DNA of 64,000 nucleotides from an uncultured Eubacteriales bacterium (GTDB lineage Bacteria > Bacillota > Clostridia > Lachnospirales > Anaerotignaceae). The notes under the pieces were generated by a model. That model was not told the origin of the DNA and ran no database searches. It saw only the letters and a program-made list of their open reading frames with translations. The position numbers and the translations under genes are program-made. The stretch is taken from the NCBI GenBank assembly GCA_949743895.1, contig CATJUX010000044.1, positions 3,850-67,849 on the forward strand. The letters are read 5' to 3'. Every line of letters starts with the position of its first letter. Position 1 is the stretch's first letter. Below are positions 53,559 to 62,162 of the stretch, piece by piece.

Positions 53559-54976
53559 ATTTTTTTTGGAAAATATTTTTTGCAGTCATGTTTATAAGTG
53601 TTTCTTGCATGGCCTCTGGGGGTTACATATTGATCAATTCAAACTTCAGTTTTCTTTTGGAAAATGAAGTTCAAAGGGCATATGACTATGGCGACATTGT
53701 GTATTATTCCATATCAAACGAGTTTAGGGACATGGCTGAACAAAGCTATTATATGCAGACAGATGTGGAAGTGGCAAAAGTGGCCGATTCAATAAATATA
53801 AACAGCATGAATCAAAAAATTGACTTCAACATAATTGATGATGACGGAACGGTTGTTTTTTCATCTTTGAACAGAAATTTTGGAAATGAAATTATATGCC
53901 ACTTGAATGATAATGAGGCGGGGTGGTCTTTGAAGGAAACGAAAACAGGCTTATATGTTCAGGCAGTCAGAACGGCTGTGTTTCATGAAGATAAATTTTA
54001 TATTGAAACGGCAAGAGATGTTTCTTTTATTTTTGAAAACCAAAGACATCAATATGAAATGCTTTTGAAAATAATGGTGTGCATGTTGATTTTTGGCGGA
54101 TTTATAACATTTGTGGTTTCAAAGATGCTTATGAAGAGGGTTGTCAATTTGACAAAAGTCACAAAAAAAATTTCTGCTGGAAATTTGGGGAAAAGAGCCG
54201 ATGTGAGGGGCGATGATGAAATTGCCATTCTTTCAAAAAACTTCAACAAAATGGCAGAGGAGCTTGAGGAGAAAATTAACAGGCTCAAAGATGAAGCTGA
54301 AAGGAAGGAGCTTTTTGTTGGAGCATTTTCTCATGAAATTAAAACGCCGCTCACTTCTGTGATTGGCTATTCTGACATGTTGATGCGCAGTGAAATGAGT
54401 GCAGAGAAGATACATATATGTGCGGAATATATTTTTTCGGAAGGAAAACGTCTTGAAAATTTGTCGATGAAGCTTCTGGAACTGATTGTTTTGAAAAATC
54501 AGAAAATAAAACTCATTCCAACTGACATGAAAGAGTTTTTTGACAGTGTATGCTTTATTGTTTTGCCTCAAATTGAAAAAAGCGGCATAGAACTTATATG
54601 CAATGCCAAAAGCGCTGTGATAAACATGGAGCCGGAACTTATGAAAGCTGTGCTTATAAATGTGATTGACAATGCAAAAAAGGCGATTGATGGAAAGGGC
54701 AAAATTGAAATAACAGGGGAAGAAATTGATGGTGTTTACACAGTGAAAGTTTGTGACACAGGAAAGGGAATGGAAACACATGAACTTTCAAAAATAAAAG
54801 AAGCATTTTATATGGTTGACAAATCACGCTCCAGAAAACAGGGAGGAGCGGGGCTGGGGCTTGCCATATGTGATGAAATTTTGAAACTTCATGGTTTTGA
54901 AATATCATTCAAAAGTGAAATTGATGTTGGAACAACAGTTTTTATATATATGGGGGAAGCCAAATGGAAAAATTGA
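53555..54976 (+). CDS. HAMP-domain sensor histidine kinase
   Basis: Two TM helices, HAMP (DEIAILSKNFNKM), FSHEIKTPLT, DNAKKA, DTGKG, GLGLAI. Confidence 0.96.
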   Translation: MNFFWKIFFAVMFISVSCMASGGYILINSNFSFLLENEVQRAYDYGDIVYYSISNEFRDMAEQSYYMQTDVEVAKVADSININSMNQKIDFNIIDDDGTVVFSSLNRNFGNEIICHLNDNEAGWSLKETKTGLYVQAVRTAVFHEDKFYIETARDVSFIFENQRHQYEMLLKIMVCMLIFGGFITFVVSKMLMKRVVNLTKVTKKISAGNLGKRADVRGDDEIAILSKNFNKMAEELEEKINRLKDEAERKELFVGAFSHEIKTPLTSVIGYSDMLMRSEMSAEKIHICAEYIFSEGKRLENLSMKLLELIVLKNQKIKLIPTDMKEFFDSVCFIVLPQIEKSGIELICNAKSAVINMEPELMKAVLINVIDNAKKAIDGKGKIEITGEEIDGVYTVKVCDTGKGMETHELSKIKEAFYMVDKSRSRKQGGAGLGLAICDEILKLHGFEISFKSEIDVGTTVFIYMGEAKWKN

Positions 54977-55827
54977 GGCAGAGCTTTGTTATACTTATGC
55001 TTTTTGTTTTGCTGACGGCCGTGGCTGTGGCGCCTGTTTTTGTCACAAACCACAACAACGAAAGGCTTTTGGGCAACATTTCGGTGAAAAAGCTTCCAGA
55101 GGAAAAGCAGGAAATTAGCAGCGGAACACATTCCAAAGATGTCAAGGAGAGAATTAAAATTATAAAAAAATCTCTTGTTGTCAAAACATTCAGATACAAA
55201 AAATATCAAAATGATGAGACATATTATGAAAAAATGACAAATATGAATGTTTTGAGCATAATGGAAGAACAGCTGAGCTTCATTCAAAATTTGGGGCTGA
55301 GCTTTGATGATGGACATGCCATATCAATGGTGGAAAAAACAACATATATGGACACAGAAAACCCAAATGAGGAAGTCAGCATTTGGAAAATCGATGCTGA
55401 ATACAATGATTTTTATATCACAGCTTATATAGATGCAAAAACCAATGTGGTGTATGAAATAATTATACTTTTGAAAAAACTCAGTTTTATTGACGACTCA
55501 TATGCTTTATATCCCGAAAACTTCATAAAAGAATTTTCTGATTATTTGGAGTTCGATTATGATCACATTGAGGAAAATGAAGAACAATTTTCGGTTGGCG
55601 CCGACTGGTCTGAATTTATGATGAACCTTTTTATATTGTCGGTTAATGAAACAACAGGCGAGCTTGTGGAATATAGCATTGAGAGAAGCGAGTCAATTGG
55701 CTTTGATTTTTTTGAAGAAAGTGAATATATATATCCATACCCTATTTATGAAAGAGGCTACACTGATTTTTCAAACATTAAAATCATGAGGAACATTGAC
55801 AATTTGTATTTGATAAAGGATCGATAA
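54964..55827 (+). CDS. Hypothetical membrane-anchored protein
   Basis: 287-aa ORF overlapping the HK stop; SD GGGGGAAG; N-terminal hydrophobic helix; acidic extracellular part. Confidence 0.75.
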   Translation: MEKLRQSFVILMLFVLLTAVAVAPVFVTNHNNERLLGNISVKKLPEEKQEISSGTHSKDVKERIKIIKKSLVVKTFRYKKYQNDETYYEKMTNMNVLSIMEEQLSFIQNLGLSFDDGHAISMVEKTTYMDTENPNEEVSIWKIDAEYNDFYITAYIDAKTNVVYEIIILLKKLSFIDDSYALYPENFIKEFSDYLEFDYDHIEENEEQFSVGADWSEFMMNLFILSVNETTGELVEYSIERSESIGFDFFEESEYIYPYPIYERGYTDFSNIKIMRNIDNLYLIKDR

Positions 55828-55886
55828 AAACGGAGTGTAATTTGCGTTTCGAAATTTTGTTTTAGAAATAAACGTGGGAATTTGAA

Positions 55887-55940
55887 TATACAGTTTTGAT
55901 ACAAGAAATAGCCATTTGTGAAACACTTGTTTTGTAAAAT
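55887..55940 (+). promoter_or_regulatory. Four 11-bp-phased repeats plus extended -10 upstream of the vanY-like gene
   Basis: TATACA/GATACA/TAGCCA/GAAACA at 55887/55898/55909/55920, then 9 bp, then TAAAAT at 55935. Confidence 0.65.
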
Positions 55941-55986
55941 GAAATGCAAACAAAAGTGTTTTATGTTGAAACAAGGGGGCTATGGA

Positions 55987-56871
55987 ATGAAGAATATGAA
56001 AAATTCCCGAAAAAACAAATTTGATTGTGATAAAAAGGGACAAAGGAGAAAAACAAGGAAGACAAAAAGAATCAAAAGAGCGCAAAGAAGGAGGCAAATG
56101 CTGCTGTCATCACTGATTTTTGTGTCTTTGGTAAGCACCACAACTGTGTGCAGGGCGGCGTTTGAAAGGTTGGTTCTTGTTGAACAAAGTTATGATTCAG
56201 GCGGAAGCATATTTGAACATGGAAGACAGAGCGGTTTTGTATATTCTGCTGAAAATGATGATGGCAGATTGAAGGAAAGTGAACAGATGAATGACAATGA
56301 AAATGCAGACAGTTCAGCATGGAATTTGATTCTTGTTAACCAATGGAATGAATTGCCAGAAGACTTTTCTGTTGATTTGATAGAATTGAACAATGGACAC
56401 TCTGTTGACAAAAGAATTTATCAGGATTTGCAGAACATGATGAATGCGGCGCGAAATGAAGGACTTTCGCCAATTATATGTTCGTCATACAGAACACTTG
56501 AAAAACAAAGAGTTCTTTTCAACAATAAGGTTGAAAGCTACATTGCAGAAGGCTGCACAAGACAGGAGGCCGAAAAAGAAGCCTCAAAATGGGTGGCATT
56601 TCCTGGAACAAGTGAACATCACACAGGGCTTGCCGTGGATATAGTGGCACTCAGCTATCAAATGTTGAATGAGGAACAGGAAAACACGGCTGAACAGAAA
56701 TGGCTTATGGAGAATTCATATAAATATGGGTTCATACTTAGGTATCCAACTGACAAAAGTGACATCACAGGAATTGGATATGAGCCATGGCACTATCGCT
56801 ATGTTGGAAAAGAGGCCGCTGCCCAAATTCATGAAAAAGGAATTTGTCTTGAGGAATATGTATGTGGATAA
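55987..56871 (+). CDS. M15B (VanY/LdcB-family) carboxypeptidase
   Basis: SSYRT, SEHHTGLAVD (SxHxxGxAxD), EPWHYRYVG; basic N-tail plus TM helix. Confidence 0.9.
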   Translation: MKNMKNSRKNKFDCDKKGQRRKTRKTKRIKRAQRRRQMLLSSLIFVSLVSTTTVCRAAFERLVLVEQSYDSGGSIFEHGRQSGFVYSAENDDGRLKESEQMNDNENADSSAWNLILVNQWNELPEDFSVDLIELNNGHSVDKRIYQDLQNMMNAARNEGLSPIICSSYRTLEKQRVLFNNKVESYIAEGCTRQEAEKEASKWVAFPGTSEHHTGLAVDIVALSYQMLNEEQENTAEQKWLMENSYKYGFILRYPTDKSDITGIGYEPWHYRYVGKEAAAQIHEKGICLEEYVCG

Positions 56872-56872
56872 C

Positions 56873-56914
56873 AAAAAAAGACTTTAGTTACCAGGTATGG
56901 CTAAAGTCTTTTTT
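56873..56914. terminator. Bidirectional terminator between the vanY-like gene and tRNA-Pro
   Basis: AAAAAAAGACTTTAG / CTAAAGTCTTTTTT. Confidence 0.85.
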
Positions 56915-56924
56915 ATATAAAAAA

Positions 56925-56997
56925 TCGAGGTGACAGGACTCGAACCTGCGGCTTCTGCGTCCCGAACGCAGCGCTCTACCACCTGAGCCACACCTCG
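56925..56997 (-). tRNA. tRNA-Pro(CGG)
   Basis: Minus strand CGAGGTG...CACCTCG-A; anticodon loop TTCGGGA. Confidence 0.97.
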
Positions 56998-57013
56998 ACA
57001 AAACACATATATT

Positions 57014-57041
57014 ATTTTAATACAAAAATTTCAAATGTCAA
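57014..57041 (-). promoter_or_regulatory. Sigma-A promoter of tRNA-Pro
   Basis: Minus strand TTGACA-16 bp-TAAAAT. Confidence 0.65.
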
Positions 57042-57079
57042 CTGAAATTTAATCATAATTAAAATAAATTTTGAATGTT

Positions 57080-57107
57080 CACCACATTTTGTCCTTTAAC
57101 ATATATT
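57080..57107 (+). promoter_or_regulatory. Possible mother-cell (SigK/SigE) promoter
   Basis: CACC-16 bp-CATATATT fits mACm-N16-CATAnnnT. Confidence 0.4.
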
Positions 57108-57131
57108 GAAATTATAAAGGAGGTTGAAAAA

Positions 57132-57797
57132 ATGAGATACCCAGAAAAAAATGAATTGGCTGGCTGCAAGCCTGTTATCAAACCGGATTTTGAAAAGGCA
57201 TACCTTCGCTTTATGCATGCGTTGCCAAGTGATCCGCCGCTGAATGTGGACATATATTTGAATGGAAAACTTGTTGTTAAGAATCTGAAATTTGAGGACT
57301 TCACGGAATATATCACTGTTAAGGCCGGGGCATACACTGTTCAGGTTTTCCCAACAGGCAATCATCTTGATCAGCTTGTTGACATGCGCATAGTTCTCAG
57401 TGATGAAGAAATTGCGACAGCGGCTGTTATAGGAACAGCAGATGAAGTTGAGGTTGAAGTTTTTTCAGACGTTCAAAGGCCAATAGATCCCGACTGTGCG
57501 GCCATGCGGTTTATAAACCTTTCGCCCGACAGCGGCGGAGTTAATATATATATTGATGACACGCCAGTTGTGTATGACTTGCAGTTTATGGAAGTTACAA
57601 ACTATCTTTCACTTTTGCCGGGAAGACACACAATGAAAGTTGAGATAGACAGCAGCAAGGAAATTGTTGTATCACATCCCAATATGGTGCTTAAGGGAGG
57701 CTATTTCTACACAACATATGTTGTGGGGTTGGCCTATGGAAGGCCATATATTGAGGTTTTGATTCCACTTGAAGGAACGAGCTACCTCACATTCTGA
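57132..57797 (+). CDS. DUF4397-domain protein (two repeats)
   Basis: LRFMHALPSDPPLNVDIYLNG and MRFINLSPDSGGVNIY repeats; SD AAGGAGG. Confidence 0.85.
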   Translation: MRYPEKNELAGCKPVIKPDFEKAYLRFMHALPSDPPLNVDIYLNGKLVVKNLKFEDFTEYITVKAGAYTVQVFPTGNHLDQLVDMRIVLSDEEIATAAVIGTADEVEVEVFSDVQRPIDPDCAAMRFINLSPDSGGVNIYIDDTPVVYDLQFMEVTNYLSLLPGRHTMKVEIDSSKEIVVSHPNMVLKGGYFYTTYVVGLAYGRPYIEVLIPLEGTSYLTF

Positions 57798-57832
57798 CAA
57801 AACAGGCTATAACTGAATAATTTTGGTTGACA

Positions 57833-57879
57833 GAGGCATATTTTTCTGAAGTTTTTGGAAAATTATGCCTCATATTTTT
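57833..57879 (+). terminator. Terminator-like hairpin after the DUF4397 gene
   Basis: GAGGCATATTTTTC / GGAAAATTATGCCTC followed by ATATTTTT. Confidence 0.55.
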
Positions 57880-57889
57880 GAGGCTTAAA

Positions 57890-57918
57890 ACATTTTGAAA
57901 GTGTCAAACACATAGAAT
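57890..57918 (+). promoter_or_regulatory. Possible SigE promoter of the LysM-GH18 gene
   Basis: ACATTTT-14 bp-CATAGAAT versus SigE kCATAtt-N14-CATAnnnT. Confidence 0.45.
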
Positions 57919-57940
57919 TTCTTTAGGAGGTGTTTATATA

Positions 57941-59227
57941 ATGACAATACACGTTGTCAAAGCGGGTGAAACGCTTTTTTCAATTGGCCGGGAATATAAC
58001 ATGAGTGCGACATACATTCAAAATATAAATCAATTGCCAAACCCCAACAATCTTGTTGTGGGTCAGGCTATAATAATAGCCAAACCGGCTGTTTCATATG
58101 TTGCCAAAAGCGGTGATGATTTGTGGGGAATATCACAAAGATATGGTGTTTCGCTCACTGTCATTTTGAGAAACAATCCTTATTTGCTCACGAGAGTTCT
58201 TGTTCCTGGAGATGTTGTGGTGATAGAATTTGAAGATGTTCATTTGGGAGCGGCCAAGGTGAATGGCTATGTATATGACACTGTCAATGTGACATATTTG
58301 AAAAGCGTTCTTCCCTATCTGACATATATTTCGGTTTTCACATATGGAATCAGAAGAGATGGAACACTTATAGAAGCCAATGACGAAGAAATCATTTCTT
58401 TGGCACGTCTTTCAGGGGTTGCGCCACTTCTTCACTTGTCAACACTTGATGAAAGCGGCGTGTTTTCAACAGCGCTGGCGGGAACAATTTTGAACAGCTC
58501 AGCTTTGCAGGATATTGTGATTGAAAATATATTAACCATATTAGAGAAAAAGAAATATTATGGGCTTGATATAGACTTTGAATATATCCCGGTTTCTGAC
58601 AGGCAAAATTACGTAAACTTTATTTCAAAGCTGACAACAAGGCTGAACGCCAGGGGATATATTGTTATAGCTGCATTGGCGCCAAAGGTCAGTGCAAATC
58701 AGCCGGGAACGCTCTATGAAGGGCATGACTATTTTGGCATTGGGGCAGCAGCCAACTATGCATTCATTATGACATATGAATGGGGGTATACATATGGCCC
58801 TCCAATGGCTGTGGCGCCTTTGAACAAGGTTAAGGAAGTTTTGGACTATGCTGTGACCGAAATACCAGCCGATCAGGTGCTTATGGGCGTTCCGACATAT
58901 GGCTATCTTTGGACATTGCCATTTGTGAGGGGACAGTCAAGAGCTGTGTCTCTTTCGAACATATTGGCTGTTGAAATTGCCGCTGAAAATGGCGTTGAAA
59001 TTAAATATGATGAGACAGCACAATCGCCTTTCTACAATTTCACTGATGTGAACGGAACATTGTGTGAAGTTTGGTTTGAAGACGCAAGAAGTGTTGAGGC
59101 CAAGCTGAGGCTTATAAACGAATATGGCCTTGCCGGGGCGGGATATTGGAACATGGATAGGCCGTTTCCTCAAAATTTGATGATGTTAAACCTTCTTTAT
59201 GAAATAATACAAGAGACTATTGCCTAA
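57941..59227 (+). CDS. LysM-domain GH18 spore cortex/germination hydrolase (YdhD/YaaH-like)
   Basis: Two LysM repeats; GLDIDFEY catalytic motif; MTYEWG, VWFEDARS. Confidence 0.92.
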   Translation: MTIHVVKAGETLFSIGREYNMSATYIQNINQLPNPNNLVVGQAIIIAKPAVSYVAKSGDDLWGISQRYGVSLTVILRNNPYLLTRVLVPGDVVVIEFEDVHLGAAKVNGYVYDTVNVTYLKSVLPYLTYISVFTYGIRRDGTLIEANDEEIISLARLSGVAPLLHLSTLDESGVFSTALAGTILNSSALQDIVIENILTILEKKKYYGLDIDFEYIPVSDRQNYVNFISKLTTRLNARGYIVIAALAPKVSANQPGTLYEGHDYFGIGAAANYAFIMTYEWGYTYGPPMAVAPLNKVKEVLDYAVTEIPADQVLMGVPTYGYLWTLPFVRGQSRAVSLSNILAVEIAAENGVEIKYDETAQSPFYNFTDVNGTLCEVWFEDARSVEAKLRLINEYGLAGAGYWNMDRPFPQNLMMLNLLYEIIQETIA

Positions 59228-59316
59228 AATATTGAAAAATGTTAAATTATGTTTATATAATTGAAACTTGAAATTTTGGCCGCTAATTTGCACTGTGTTT
59301 GAAAGGAGCTGTTCTT

Positions 59317-60057
59317 ATGAACTTAAAGGGCAAAACAGTTCTAGTGACGGGCTCGTCTCGTGGAATAGGCAAGGCAATTGCATTTGCTTTTGCAAAGGAA
59401 GGTTGTAACATTGTGCTTAATGCCTCAACAAGTTCTGATGAACTTCTTAAAGCTCAGGAGGAACTTAAGGCAATGGGGAGCTATTCATATTCATATCTTG
59501 CCGATGTGTCTGACTATGAAAGCTGCAGGGAAATGTTTTCGAACATAACAAATGTTTATGGCAATGTTGATGTGCTTGTCAACAATGCAGGGATAGCACA
59601 TATAGGGCTTTTCACAGAAATGGTTCCAAAGCAGTGGGACAACATAATCAACACAAACATTAAATCATGCATAAACTGCACACATTTGGCGCTGCCCAAA
59701 ATGATTAGCCGCAAAAGTGGCACAATTGTGAACATTTCATCAATTTGGGGCGACAGGGGTGCGTCGTGTGAGGCGGTCTATTCTGCCACGAAGGGCGCTG
59801 TGAATTCGTTCACAAAGGCAATTGCCAAGGAAGTTGGCCCAAGCGGAATACGTGTCAATGCCATTTCTGCCGGCGTGATCGACACAAAAATGAATGATTG
59901 TCTTAATCAGGAGGAAAAAGAGATTCTCACAAATGAAATATCGCTCATGCGTTTTGGAAAGGCCGAGGAAATAGGCGAGCTTGCTGTGTTTTTGGCAAGT
60001 GAAAAAGCCTCGTTTATCACGGGGCAGGTTATAACAATTGATGGCTGCATGATTTGA
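59317..60057 (+). CDS. SDR oxidoreductase, YmfI/FabG-like
   Basis: TGSSRGIG, VNNAG, ISSIWG..GASCE..YSATKG. Confidence 0.85.
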   Translation: MNLKGKTVLVTGSSRGIGKAIAFAFAKEGCNIVLNASTSSDELLKAQEELKAMGSYSYSYLADVSDYESCREMFSNITNVYGNVDVLVNNAGIAHIGLFTEMVPKQWDNIINTNIKSCINCTHLALPKMISRKSGTIVNISSIWGDRGASCEAVYSATKGAVNSFTKAIAKEVGPSGIRVNAISAGVIDTKMNDCLNQEEKEILTNEISLMRFGKAEEIGELAVFLASEKASFITGQVITIDGCMI

Positions 60058-60161
60058 TTGTTTTGGCCAATCAAAACGGCGGCAACGCTGTGGTTGCAAT
60101 TGCCGCTGTTTTGAGCTGTTTAGTGATTATTCATATATTTGAAATATGGATAATTATATTT

Positions 60162-61961
60162 TCATTTTTGATTTTCGTCACTTTCATTTATGCTTATTCC
60201 AAGCTCATCCAACTGTTTTTTGTCGACAACGTTTGGAGCGTCTGTGAGAGGGCATGAAGCATCTTTGACTTTGGGGAATGCCATAACGTCTCTTATGCTT
60301 GAGGCGCCTGACATGAGCATTATTATTCTGTCAAGGCCAAAGGCAAGGCCGCCGTGTGGCGGAACACCATATTTGAATGCATCAAGAAGAAAGCTGAAAC
60401 GGCTGTAGGCTTCTTCATCAGAAAAGCCCAAAAGCTCAAACATTTTTTTCTGAATGTCGTTTCTGTGTATACGTATGCTTCCGCCGCCAAGCTCAACGCC
60501 GTTGAGAACCATGTCATATGCTTTTGCGCGGACTTTCCCTGGGTCTTTTTCTATGAGCTCCAAGTCTTCGTCCATTGGGGCTGTGAATGGATGATGAACA
60601 GCCACAAAACGGTTTTCATCGTCATCCCATTCCAACATTGGAAATTCTGTTATCCAAAGGAAGTTATAATCATCTGGCTTTGTGAGTTCAAGCCTTCTTG
60701 CCATTTCAACGCGAAGCGCGCCAAGGGCATCAAAAACAACTTTGTCGCTGTCAGCACAAATTAATATCAAGTCTCCTGGGTTTCCGTTCATTGCTGAAAC
60801 AATTTCAGACATTTTTTCGTCACTGAAGAATTTTGATATTTGGCTTTTCAGGGAACCATCATCATTTATGGCAATCCATGCCAAGCCTTTTGCTTTATAT
60901 GTTTTTACAAATTCAACAAGGCTGTCGATCTGCTTGCGTGGAAAATGGCCACAGCCTTCTGCATTTATGGCACGCACACTTCCGCCGTTTTCCAAAGCGT
61001 TTTTGAAAACAACAAAGTCACAGCCTTTCACAATTTCTGAAATGTTTTTGAGCTCCATGCCAAAACGCAAATCAGGCTTGTCAGAGCCAAAACGCTCCAT
61101 GCCTTCGGCATATGTCATTCTTTTGAATGGAATGGGAATGTCAACGTCAAGGGCGTCTTTGAACACTTTTTGGATCAGCCTTTCGTTGACATCGATTATG
61201 TCATCAACATCAACAAACGAAAGCTCCATGTCGATCTGTGTGAATTCAGGCTGACGGTCTGCCCTTAGATCTTCATCCCGGAAGCATTTGGCAATTTGAT
61301 AATATTTGTCCATTCCGCTGACCATGAGCAACTGTTTGAAAAGCTGTGGACTTTGAGGAAGGGCATAGAAATTTCCTGGGTGAACTCGGCTTGGAACGAG
61401 ATAGTCCCTTGCGCCTTCAGGAGTGCTTTTTGTGAGGATTGGCGTTTCAATTTCCAAAAAATCCTCGTTGTTGAGAAATTCTCTGACAATTTGAACAACT
61501 TTGTGACGAAGCTTTATATTTCTTAAAATGTCAGGTCTTCTTAAATCAATATATCTATATTTGAGTCTAAGATCGTCTTTTGTTTGGCTGTTTTCTTCAA
61601 TAGGGAAAGGCGGCGTTTCAGACTCGGACAAAATCCTTAATTCTTTGGCGATTATTTCAATTTTTCCTGTCTTCATTGAAGGATTTATGTTTTCTTCAGT
61701 TCTTGCAGCAACAATGCCTTTGACAGCAACAACAAACTCGCTTCTTATTGTTTCGGCTTTAGAAAAAAGCTCGCTTTCAGCAGTTTGATCCACAACTGCC
61801 TGTATGATTCCGGTTTTGTCTCTAAGCGCTATAAATATGAGCTGTCCGAGGTCGCGCCTTCTTTGAACCCAGCCCATAACGGTTACGGTCTGTCCTATGT
61901 GGTTTTCATTTACATCACAGCACATATGGCTTCTTTTTAAGCCGGCCATTGATTCTCCCAT
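60162..61961 (-). CDS. aspS: Aspartate--tRNA ligase, canonical copy
   Basis: MGESMAGLKRSH start after AGGAG; GWVQRRRDLG, PEGARDY, FRDEDLRADRQPEFTQID, PPHGGLAFGLDR. Confidence 0.97.
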   Translation of the reverse strand: MGESMAGLKRSHMCCDVNENHIGQTVTVMGWVQRRRDLGQLIFIALRDKTGIIQAVVDQTAESELFSKAETIRSEFVVAVKGIVAARTEENINPSMKTGKIEIIAKELRILSESETPPFPIEENSQTKDDLRLKYRYIDLRRPDILRNIKLRHKVVQIVREFLNNEDFLEIETPILTKSTPEGARDYLVPSRVHPGNFYALPQSPQLFKQLLMVSGMDKYYQIAKCFRDEDLRADRQPEFTQIDMELSFVDVDDIIDVNERLIQKVFKDALDVDIPIPFKRMTYAEGMERFGSDKPDLRFGMELKNISEIVKGCDFVVFKNALENGGSVRAINAEGCGHFPRKQIDSLVEFVKTYKAKGLAWIAINDDGSLKSQISKFFSDEKMSEIVSAMNGNPGDLILICADSDKVVFDALGALRVEMARRLELTKPDDYNFLWITEFPMLEWDDDENRFVAVHHPFTAPMDEDLELIEKDPGKVRAKAYDMVLNGVELGGGSIRIHRNDIQKKMFELLGFSDEEAYSRFSFLLDAFKYGVPPHGGLAFGLDRIIMLMSGASSIRDVMAFPKVKDASCPLTDAPNVVDKKQLDELGISINESDENQK

Positions 61962-62070
61962 TGTATAAAGTCTCCTTACATTTTGTATATTTTTGAGCCA
62001 CATTCGGTTGATAAAGGCATATATAGGAAAATTCCACTGTGAAATGTGTATGCCCTTGTCAGCTATCCAT

Positions 62071-62099
62071 ATAGTATCAGAAAAAATATAAAACTTCAA
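62071..62099 (-). promoter_or_regulatory. Putative sigma-A promoter of canonical aspS
   Basis: Minus strand TTGAAG-17 bp-TACTAT with extended TG. Confidence 0.55.
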
Positions 62100-62162
62100 T
62101 ATTATAAACCAAAAAATCAGAAGACGCCGGAATGTTCCGACGCCTTTGAACAAAGTTTAATT

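Noticed and set aside
55987-56871. Vancomycin-resistance operon
   Set aside because: No vanH/vanA/vanX or D-Ala-D-Lac/D-Ser ligase; M15B motifs cannot distinguish VanY from LdcB.
52600-56997. Genomic island integrated at tRNA-Pro
   Set aside because: I found no integrase and no duplicated tRNA 3' end (att repeat); only local AT-richness supports it.
57867-57884. Alternative hairpin GCCTCA/TGAGGC overlapping the terminator (attenuator-like)
   Set aside because: Only 6 bp, and its 3' arm lies beyond the T tract, so it cannot pre-empt termination co-transcriptionally.
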